Part shown: positions 11,161-23,100 of the stretch, piece after piece
Numbering within the stretch: the first letter of the stretch is position 1
How the letters are laid out: each line of letters starts with the position of its first letter
NCBI GenBank assembly: GCA_049297495.1
Contig: JBAQUL010000026.1
Coordinates: 64,620-128,619, forward strand
DNA: 64,000 nucleotides
Origin: Candidatus Moraniibacteriota bacterium
GTDB lineage: Bacteria; Patescibacteriota; Minisyncoccia; Moranbacterales; UBA2206
Reading direction: 5' to 3'
Position numbers and translations under genes: made by a program
The notes under the pieces: generated by a model
What the model saw: the letters and a program-made list of their open reading frames with translations, nothing else
Database searches by the model: none
What the model was told of the DNA's origin: nothing

Positions 11161-14100
11161 TAAGCGATACCGCCATAGTAGAATAGCCGCTTTCTCCAAT
11201 TGAATTTTCCGCACGAAGGATGTAGTAATAGACATTATTCGACAAATCGCTCTGAATTTCAGCCCAGGGAACAGTGTATTCAACTTGCAAACCATCAATT
11301 TCGGCCATTTTCACCCAACTAGTCGCGTCATCAGCTCCATCTTGCATCAGACCACTCAGCTCGCAAAATGGAGTAGTAGCTCCCGGATCACCATAGCGAT
11401 GACCAAATTTAATCTGACTGATACTACAAGGATCCTCAAAAAGTCCGGAGAATTTATTTTGAGTACGATAGAGATTATACTTGGTCGCCCCTAGAGAAAC
11501 ATCCCAGTTAAATTCCAAATTATAAGTTTCGGCAGCAGGCGGAACAGATGTCAGAATTTTTTCAATTTGAAAATTTTTCGGTGCCAGAGCAGGATTATTT
11601 TGCATTACAATATCGCGATGATTATCTTCCGCCAATGTATTATTGCTTGCGTCATAAACTTTGGTATAGAGAAAATATTTCTTATCCGCCACTAATCCAT
11701 TAGTTATGATTGAACCGCTATATTTTCCCGTGCCAATCTTGGTTAGCCCGGAAAGATTCTTAATATATTGGTCGCCAGGAACATCATTACCATTATTATC
11801 TTTCCAAACAACAACCAAATTTTCAGGATCAGCGAATACCCCATTTTGTTTTGTTTCGACCGTAAAATTAAGATTATTCCCAATAGTTAGTGTATCAGCG
11901 CTATAATCAACATTATCAACCCAGCCAGAAACTGGGATATCAATTATTGATTCTCCAGTTACTCCCGTGGCAACATCTATAGCAGAAACTTCCAATGTAT
12001 AATTTCCAGCACTCAAAGCGATCCCTTCGATAGGATTAATATTATAGCTATAGCTCGAAACATTCAAAACTGCTTGCGTGGCCAGAACAGCACCAGATGG
12101 ATCTTTCCATGTAATGCTAACATCAACTAATTTTGCTGCGCCTGTTACCTCATCAATTAATGACAGATCAAAATTCACTCTGCCATAATAATAACCTGTG
12201 TCATCCTTACTGAAAATCACCGGACTATCTTGATAATAATGACCATTATTATTTATCTCCAGATGGGTATTGACATTGATTTTAATCGAGCGAACAATGA
12301 CAGGCAGACTATCATTTGCAATATTTAAATCATCTACGCCACCATCCCAGTCACTCACAGAAATAACCTCCGCTCCAGCTTCACTGTCTTTATAGTAAAC
12401 AACGATGAAGCTCAGGTTTTCCGGAATACTGAATAGTCCATCTTCGATCCAAGGACCGTTCGGATTTAGAGAATATTTTGCAGAATTCGATCCAGAAGAA
12501 AGTCGAATTGGATAACCACCCAGACCAGCATTAGTATTTCTATCATCCGCATCAAACATCCTGATTGTCATTGGCTTTGAAGCGATGTTTTTATTTACCA
12601 CAAGTGGCGAATCAGTATCAGTGAACTTTATTTTATTAACAGGTCCGGCCGTATTGGAAATGACTGTAATATCCTCTTGAACACCGGAAATACTTGCTCC
12701 ATCAGTAACACCTACCCACTTCTCCCCCGCATGCAAAAAGGACACGCCATTTCCAAAAGTATGCAGCCCACTATCAGTCGCAGGAATGAAAGTATAATCA
12801 AGCGGCAATGCTGCATCAAGATCGGAAGAGGCAAAATGAATCGTCCCGGAATATGAGCTAATCACATAATCCTCGGCGTCCTGCGCCATAACCACAACCG
12901 AACTTGGCTCACCCTGAATCTGAGGGTCAGAAATATTAGTCACAAGAAAATGATCCATTACCTGCGCTGCTATCACTTCAGTCTGGACAGCATTTGTGAG
13001 GCCCGTATCAGGAATTGGAGGAAGATTGTCAGAAGCCGTAAGCGTAGGCTCTCCCACTGAAAAATCATGATAGTAAAAATTTGTCGCATCTTGTCCAGCC
13101 AGCATCGTTACATAACTCGCACCCCAAGAACCGCCTACGCTTGCAAGAAATTCACTTTGGTTAGATGATGATCGCAAATATATTCGCTGATCAGTGGTAA
13201 CAGAAGTAGGATTACCATATGCATTTCTCGCTTGAACCTGCATCGGTTCCGAGGGGTGTCTGGTAACTATCGTCTGTGGTGCTGTGACAAATACCAATTG
13301 GGTGATTACTCCAGCACCGACACTAACCGTCCCCGTGGCATTAGTCCATAGGGTGTCCGGTGCTGACACATCCGTATCTGAAGCAGTAACAAGGGGTGTC
13401 CCAGAATTAGAGTCGCGATAATATACTTGGATACTATTTTGACCACCAGGAATGACTACTGATGTGATTCCCCAAGGACCCGAGGGCAAAAGAGCGAAAC
13501 TTCCACCGGCAGAAGAAGAAAAAAGATAGACTATCGCATCACCAAGTACTGGCGCATCCACCGAAAAAGTATTCTGAGTCTTTATGGTGATCGGATCAGA
13601 AATCCCACCAGCAATCACCGCACCCAAATTTTGGTCAAAAATTAACTTAGCAACATTGCCTGCTCGTACAGAAAAAGTTTGCACGGCGTTTAGAAGTCCT
13701 ACGTCAGGATTATCCAGGGGCGTCTGATCGGAAACAGTGATCACGGGACCTCCTATAGTTTCATCTTGATAGTAAAAATTAGCCACAGAAGACCCGGCAG
13801 AAATTATTGACTGACTGATAATATTTCCATCAGAAAAATTAGTACTAGCTGAAAATTTTCCCGTGCCAGAAGTGCTGTTCAAATAGACTGGCAAATCAGA
13901 CGCCGAAACGACTATATTTCCAAAAGCATCACGCACTCCAAATGTGATTTCCGAGGACACTTCTCCCGCCGAGAGATCTTGTGCTGAGGTCAAATAAACA
14001 AGATTGGAAACCGCAGATGGCAAAACAGAAAAACTCTGACTAGTATTCACTATCCCACTATCCGGACTTTCTGGCGGAGTAGACACCTCTGAAAAACTGA

Positions 14101-17100
14101 CTGTAACATTTCCAGAAATAGTATTCCTATAGTATAGTGTTTTTTGAGAACTGCCGGCTGATAATGAAAAATGATTAATGAGGTCTCCCGAATTGAAAGT
14201 TTGACTCAGAGAGAATTTGCCACTGCCATCAGAAGAGGAAAGATAGATCTCAAGAGGACTATCTGGGGCTACTTCGACTCCATATTGATTTTGAATTCTC
14301 AGATCAAATGTCTTATAATTTCCTGCAATCAGTGAGGAATTACCATTGACTAACTGCATCCTCGCCGGACTACCCGGGGCGATCATTTGCACTTGTGCGG
14401 CATTGACAACTCCCAGATCAATAGGATTATCAAGAGTTGATTGATCACTAGCTGTTACAGTTGGCATACCACTTTTCGTATCTTTATAGTAAAATATTGT
14501 CCCGCCACTACCCGCAACGACTGAGATTGAAGTTATCGTTCCAGAAAAACCCGAGTTCTGACTGAAACTACCCTCACTCGACGAAGAATACAGATAGAGC
14601 TCGATTGGTTGCGCAAGTATTTTCGCATTTCCAAATTCATCCCTGAAGCCAAGTGACATCACACTGGAGGCTTGCCCTGCCACGAGCGTCTGACCAGAAG
14701 ACAGAAACACCATACTTGCCAAATCGCCTGCTGACACAACATAGTTTTGTGTTGCGGCTACCAAGCCACTGTTTGGAAACTCATCAGCTGTAAGTGCAAA
14801 TGTTCCGGTTGAAGTATCTTTGTAGTAGAAAAATGCATCATTGGATCCGCTCGGCAAGGTCAGACTCGCAATATCCGCCCAGGCGCCCCCATTTTGCAAG
14901 GAAAACTTTCCAGCAGTGGAAGTTGTTGCAAGGCTTATCGCAAGATCACTTACGGCATTTGAAACGTTATTATAACTATCTCGAAGTTGGATTCGCATTT
15001 GATCGGAAATAAGACCCGCCATTTTTGTTTGTGGCGCATTCATAAAAACAACCTTCGCCGGACTGCCAGCAGTAACTGTTAATTGCTGCGCATCACCGAT
15101 CACATTATTCGCATTTGCACCCAAAGAATATGTACCAGCAATTCTGTTTGTATAATACACGGTAGCGACGCTTGATCCAATTGGCACAATCACTTGATTG
15201 ATTGCTTCAGCATTCTCTTGGGCAGCTATTTTGAAGGCGCTCAAGCCTAAAGGACTAGATGTTAGATTAATGCTAACTGGCACTCCAATAATTGCTGGGC
15301 TACCATCACTTTTTTCCAGCTCAATCGTTATCACCGTGCTATAGCTACCAGCCGAAATTGCTTGTTCACCAGATGTAATTTTCAATTTATTGGGCGTATC
15401 ACCAATGACATCGATTGAAGCGACTGCATTTATAATATCCAAATCTGGATTATCGAGCAGCGCATAATCAGACACGGTAACATTTTTTGTTCCTGGCATT
15501 TGATCTTGATAATAAAAGCTCGCCGTACTCGTCCCAGCTAAGATTGTTACTGTGGATAAATTCCATGGTCCGCTTGAATTAGTCGCGAAACTACCCTGAA
15601 CAGGGCTATAAAGATAGACGGTTTTGTCACTATCGACAAGTACTGCATTACCATATTGATCTTGAGCTTGAACCGTGAAAACATTTGAAGCAGTTCCGAC
15701 TGCAACGGAAGTTGGCTTAGCAATCAAATTCAATTTTTGCACCGCGCCCGCTCCAAATGTTATTTCTTTCGTGCCAGCAATCCAACCTTCCGAAATATTT
15801 TCGTCTACTGTAAGCATTACAGTGCCAGCCGTCGTATCTTTAAAATAGACAGTTTTTGTATATTGTTTTGCTGGAATAGTTACCTGAGTGATGGAATTCC
15901 AAGGAGAACTACTCAAAGAAAATTGACCAGTACTACCAGATTTTGTCAAGTCAAAAATCGTATCACTATTCACTGAAACAGGCAGGCTGGAATTGGTTTG
16001 AGTTTGAATTGTCACCGCTATCGCGTTCCCCACCTGCGAAGCATTAACACTACTCATAATGATTTTTTCAATTGAACCGTTAATCAAGTTTTCTTGCTGA
16101 GAATTAGAAGTAAACTCGGAAGCACTGATGGTAATGATTGGGCTATTAACAATTGCATCTCGATAATAGAAGCTTTTCAAACTTTCTCCAACCAAAAGGG
16201 AAATATCTAAGTCATTCGTCCAATCACTCAAACCATCCAAAGAAAACTCTCCCGTCAAACTATTAGAAACTATATTGGCAGTCATATCAGCCGAGGCATT
16301 AACTCTTATGTCGTTACTATCAGTCAAATAAAAGCTAACTGAACTCGATGGAGTATTTAGTACAATCGTCTGGGGTGCAGACTGGAAGAAAAATTTAGCC
16401 GCGACGCCAGCATTAATTGTTTCTTGCTGAGAAGTTTCTATTATTCCGCCACTTGTCACAGTAATGGTTGGCGTACCGACATTCCAATCTTTATAGTAGA
16501 AAGTAGCGGTACTCTGGCCATTTGCTAACACATAGCTGCTAACTGATGACCATGGAGAAGGCGCACTAGAAAATTGCGCGTGCGTGCTATCCGAACTTAA
16601 TCCAAGCGTTACATTGCCAACTGCTCCGGTCGGGTTATCATACTGATCCCGAAGCTGAACAGTCAATTGTCCTGAATCTAGCGCAAGAATTGTCTGAGAG
16701 TTGCTCGTGAAAGTCAGATGATGCGCAGATCCACCAGCTACAGTAATATCTTGGTTAGCTCCGACGATACCACTCGCAGTTACGGAAATATTTTTCGTTC
16801 CAGCTAACGTATCGCGATAATAAAAATTAACCGCTGAAACACCAGGATTTGCATTAACACTAGCAATATTCCATGGACCTTCTGAAAATGCTGCAAATCC
16901 CCCACTCAAGGCTTCTGTCGAAGCCAGATTGATGACTAAAGAATTATCTAGTAATTTAACATTTCCGTATTGGTCTCGGAATTGAAGGATGAAGGCTGAA
17001 GTAGGATTACCAGCTGAGACGGAAAAAGGATTATTTGCAAAAATCATCTGATACGCACTACTCGCAGAAATATTAAATGAGTAAGTTCCAGACACTATGC

Positions 17101-20100
17101 CATTTTTCGCCGCCGTAATTGTCGGCGACCCAGAGGCAGTATCCTTGTAATAAAAAGTAGTGCTACTTTGACCACTAGCAATAACCACCTGATTGGTTTC
17201 AAACAGGCCGTTATTCTCTGTGTCAAATTTCCCTCCTCCGGAAATAGAGCTCAAGTTAACCGTTGTATCAGCTGTCACTGGAACAAGCTGATCATAATTA
17301 TTGAGCGCTGTCAAAGACAAAGCTCCTGATGGCGATCCAGCGGTAAGAACATTTGACGCACAACTCAAAGCGAATTTTTTTACGACGCCATAAATTATGC
17401 TCTCGTTTTGCGTCGCATTCAAAAGCCCCTGATCAGGAGAATCGGGATATGCAAAATCAGAAATGGTGATTTGCGGATTACCAATTGCAGTATCTTTATA
17501 GTAAAACTCCGCGTTATTCGATCCACTGTTAATCGCAACGGTTGATATCACTTGATCAGCTGCATCAAGAAATACTCCTGTCGCAGACGATGAATGGAGA
17601 TAGAGCGTAGTGTCTGCGCTGACGTTTTGAATATTGCCAAAAGCATCTTGCGTCTCAATCACCATCACTGCACTTTTTTGACCAAGCTCTAATGTTTGCG
17701 CTTCAGTATTCATACTTAGCTTATTAAGCGCTCCAGCTGCAACGTTAAAAGCAAGTGTTCCAGAAGTTTTTCCCGCGGACGCTGCCGTCACTAAAGGAGA
17801 ACCAATTGCTGTATCTTTATAGTAAAAACTGACCGATGATTGATCTTGCAAAATCGTAGCAGAATTTATACTGCCATCAAATACTCCGGAAGAATTAGTA
17901 TCAAATCTTCCAGTCGATGATGCCGAAGATAAATTAACGACCAAATCACTTGACACCGGAACATTGATATTATTAACATTATAGCTTTTGACCGTAACTA
18001 ATGGCGAAACTACGCCAGCCGACAAACTCACATCTGCCGCTTCCAATGTTAGTTTCGTTATCGCCCCCCAATTAATTGTTTCAGTTTGTGTGACATTTTC
18101 CAATCCTTGATCTGGAGAATCGGGATAAGCATAGTCAGAAAAAGTAAGCACGGGACTACCAGCCACATCATCCTTGCAATAAACCGTTGCGCTACTTGTT
18201 CCTGCCAATATTACTACCTGAGTAATCGTGTCGCCAGTTGCATCCAAAAATATTCCTGTTGCTGAGCTAGAATGAAGATGGATAGTTTTATCCGCAACGA
18301 CATTTTGCATATTATTATAGCCATCTTGGGTACGGATATTCACAGCCGCACTCTTTTGTCCTGCTGATAAGGTCTGAGGCGCAGAAGCTATGGCCAGCCT
18401 ACTAGCCGCTCCAGCCGCTACACTCAAAGCTAGTGTTCCAGCTGTTTTTCCTGCGGCTGAAACGGTAAGCACTGGAGATCCAGCTACATTGTCTTTGTAA
18501 TAAATTATTGCGGCAGATTGGTTTTGTAATATTGTAACAGAAGTGATTGACCCATCAAATACTCCAGAACTGCTAATATCAAACTTGCCCGCAGTTGAAG
18601 AAGAGAGACTAGCAGTCAAATCCGAAGAGGTTGGGATATTGATATTTGACGAATTATACACCTTAACATTAACCACTCCAGAAGATGTTCCCGCGACTAA
18701 ATTACTATCACTTATGTCTAATGCTAATTTTGTCACGTTACCATAATTAATATTGGCAATTTGCGTTGCATTCAAAAGTCCCTGATCAGGAGAGTCTGGA
18801 TAGGAATAATCTGAAACAGTGATTTGTGGAGTGCCAATTGTCACATCCTTATAGTAAAGGGTGCTATTACTTGTTCCGGAACTAATTACTATTTCAGTAA
18901 CAACATTTCCAATGGAATCAAAGAATGTTCCAGAAAGAGAGCTAGCATATAAATATATACTAGTGTCACTCGCCAACTTTCTTGAATTGCCATATTGATC
19001 TTGCGTTTCAATGTTAATCGCAGCACTTTTTTGACCAACTTCAAGTGTTTGCGCTGAGCTTATGATAACAATTTTATTCGCGTCACCTCCTAGGATATCA
19101 AATGTCTTCGTTGCAGCAGTTATCCCGCCAGAAGCCGCCGTCACAACAGGCGATCCAACTTTTGTATCTTTATAGTAAAAATCCGCTGATAATTGTCCAG
19201 CTGGAATCGTGACGCTTGTCACACTTCCGTCATATGCACCAGCATTACTAGTATCAAATTTTCCAGTTTCACTAGCGCTAGTTGATAAGTTAACGGTTAA
19301 ATCAGTTGGAGCTGGAATATTTACATCATTGGAATTATATGATTTAACCGTGATTACCGCTGAAGACGCACCAGCAACTAAATTAGTATTATCAACATTT
19401 AACATTAACTTAGAAATACTACCTGGGACGAGCGATTCGTTTTGCGCTGCATCAGAAATTCCCACTCCCCCATCCGGACTAGTATTATTGTCCGAAGCAG
19501 TAATGGAAGCCGACGCAGCATAATTCGATTGCTTGAAATAAAAATTTGCCGTGGATTGACTGTTAGGAATAATAACACTGGAAATAGTGGTTAAAAATGA
19601 ACTACTGCTTGAAAATATTCCACCAGAAGTGGCATACAAATAGACTATTGTATCTTCAACAACCTGAGCCGGATTATTATATTGATCTTGGGCTTGAATT
19701 GAAATCTGCGGAGAAGCTGCTCCTAGTACTGATTCGAAAGCAGCAGTAGCAAAAACGTATTTTGCCACCGCTCCGCCACTAATCGTCAAATCTTTATTGT
19801 CGTCAGTAAGACCAGCAGCACCATTGGCCGGATAAGCATCGGAAAGAATAATATTATCCACACCAGCAACTTGATTTTTGTAATAGATTGTAACTGAAGA
19901 TTGCCCGGCTGGAATAATAACTGAAAAGGAATTTACCCAATCATCCACATTATTGTAGGCAGAAAATTTTCCTGTGGGAGAATTGGTTGTCAAATATATT
20001 CTCTCATTACTGAGTGTTGTAACGATATTGCCATAAATATCTTCGAGAGAAGCAGTTATTGGATCGGAAATATTCCCCGCGGAGACATTTTGACTTGCCA

Positions 20101-23100
20101 CATTAAGAGTAAGTTTAGCTGCTCCACCAGTCAGAGTAGTTTCAGTCTGAGTATCATTAAGCCATCCAACATCAATACCCTCACCCACATCTTCTCGAAC
20201 AGTCAAACCATGTGGACCAAGCGCACTATCCTTATAATAAAAACTTGCTGTTGTAGAATTCTGCTTAATTGTCACAATAAATGGCTCAGTTCCGCTCCAG
20301 TTACTTTCTCCATCGATTGAAAATTGACCAGTCACAGAATCCACGTACACATAAATTGAAGTGTCGACACTAGCTGGAATGCCCTGACCGATAATATCTT
20401 GAGCTTGAATTGTGATAGCTGAACTATGGCTATCAATACCGAACGATTGTGGTGAAGAAATTATTTTTAATTTAGAAATAGTTCCCGCGTTAGGTGTTGT
20501 CACTACAATTCCTGTCTGAGTTCCAGTGATATTCGCATCAGTCGTATCCGTCACTACTACATTCCAACTTCCAACAGTAGTAAACGCCACTCCGTTGACA
20601 AATGTATGCTCGCCTAGCATACCCGCAGTAAAAGTAAAATCAGGAGGAAGTACTGCCCCAATATCTGTCGAAGTAAAATGCACCAACCCTACATAGTCGT
20701 GTAATGGCTGCCCATCAAAATCAACAGCTTGCACCGTTACTGAACTAGGAATTCCCGCCTTAACTGGATTAGTAATGCCAGTCACCAATAAACGATACCG
20801 ACTTGTAACAGATATTTGTTGACTTGCTGCAGTGCTACCAGGGATGGCCGTTGCTCTAGCTTCAATCGTTGGTGTTCCTTTAATATTATCTTTGTAGTAA
20901 AAAGTTACCGACGATTGGCCAGCGGGTAAAACAACTGAATTATAATTCCAACGATTAGAGACGTCTTCCGTCAAACTCCTCGCAAAGAATCCTGAAGTTG
21001 AAGAGGATGACAGATCTAATGCAATATCTTCTGGTGCAACAAGAACATTGCCATCGGTATCTCGAGCCTGAACTGTAAAATTTCCAATTTCTGTTTCTCG
21101 CAAAGTTGCTGGAAATGAGCTAAAAGCATACTTATCAGGATAATAGGCGAATCCGCGAGTGAGTGTTGCACTTGTATCATCTGGATTTGTGATAGTTACA
21201 TCCACAAATCCAGCACTATGCGCCGGAGTAGTCGCAGTGATTGTTGTTGAATCAATAAGCTGAACATTTGCAGCAGGTGTTCCGCCGAAAGTCGCAGGAA
21301 GGAATGTCGCAGTGTACGGATTCGTCTGAGGAGCAAAATTTGATGTCCAACGCGCAATGCCTTTGGAAATTCTGATTTCATCAAGATAACCTTGAAAATC
21401 ATTACCTGCATATCTTCCAATAGACAGTGGGTTAGAATTCGAGCCAAGACTAGCAGATGAAGTCCAACTGTCTGTTTGCGTTCCATTTTTGAAGGCATAG
21501 AAATTATTTTCACTTCTCACCACAGCTAAATGAACCCACTGATTGAGCGTGATCGCTCCTAACGATTTGCCGACGGCAACATCCCAAGCACCACCACTAG
21601 ACATATATATTAACAAATTTCCTCCCGCAGAATAGCCCAAAAGAAAAGGCGCATAACCAGATGTGCTATCCCTTGCAATTGAAGATCTGGTACTATCACT
21701 AGCAGTGCGATATTCCCACCAATCTACCGTAAAATCGCCTGCACCAAAATTAAAATCATTATTCGTCGGCACGGTCAAATAATCTCCCGTTCCATCAAAG
21801 TATGCACTTGCGCCTCCAATTTTAGATTGAACAGTTGAAATTTTAGCACCACCATTAGCGATAACTGTCTTAGCAACTGTTTCACTGTCTGCAAACGCAG
21901 TAGAATTATTTGTTCCATCAGCATGAAGCAAAAGCTTTGTGAAATTTTCTGTGAAAAAGTTTGTCCCAATTATTGTAACATCAGTTCCACCACCTGGAGG
22001 ACCAACACTTGGCACAACAGAAAGTATCGTTGGCGGTGGTTCTGTAAAAACAATTCCGCTGGTCAACGTTCCACTTAATCCATCTGGATTAGTCACGACA
22101 ACATCAAATGCTCCGGTCAAGTGAGCGGGAGTGACAACATTAATCGTATTAGCATCAATTCCATTTACACTTGTCCCGGCTGTTCCACCAAAAGTAACCG
22201 TGGGAGTTCCGACAAAATTTGTTCCACTGATGGTGACTGAATTTCCGCCGGTTTTTGGCACGCTACCTGGAGTAATAGAAGACACCGCGGGAGGATTGTT
22301 GTATGTAAAACCATTAGCTCGTGAACCCACCGTACCGTCTGGATTAGTAATTACTACATTTACCGCACCAGCGCTATGAACGGGAGTGGTGGCAGTAAGG
22401 GTTGTTGGACTAACTACTTGGACATTGGTCGCCAAGGTTCCACCGAAAGATACCAAATTACTTGCCATGGGAACAAAGCTGGATGTCCAACGAGCAATGC
22501 CTTTTGAAACCCGGAGATCATCAAAATAACCCAAAAATGGCTGGGAAGTAAAATCAGCAGAATTTATTCCAAAAATCAAAGCCTGATCTGAATTTGAACC
22601 AGCTACTATAGATTGAGAAGCTTCAAGATTTCCATCTAAAAACATCCGGCAGATTGATCCATCATAAGTAAATGCCGCGTGATGCCAGGCATTTTGTGTT
22701 ATGCTTGTGGTTCCTGTAAGATTCGGCGCCGCTCCACTTTGATATCCTTGTGGAAACCACCCTAATTTATTTGCGCTGGTTACATAGGTAGCCCAATTAT
22801 TCGTTGCATTATAGTTCTGCCAACTATTTAAAAAAGTTTCTTGTACGTTTGACTGCGTTCGATAAAACCAATAATCAATCGTAAAGGATCCTGAGCCGAA
22901 ATTAAAATCTGTTGATGCGCCGACTGATAACCAATCCCCTGCCCCATCAAAATATGCGCTTGATCCTCCAAATTTAGATTGAGCTGTTAAAATTTTCGCA
23001 TTACCATTGGGTGTTGCTGACTTGGGAATTGTCTCGCTATCTACAAAGGTAGTAGAATTATTTGTTCCGTCAGCATGAAGAAGCAACTTATCGTATGTAT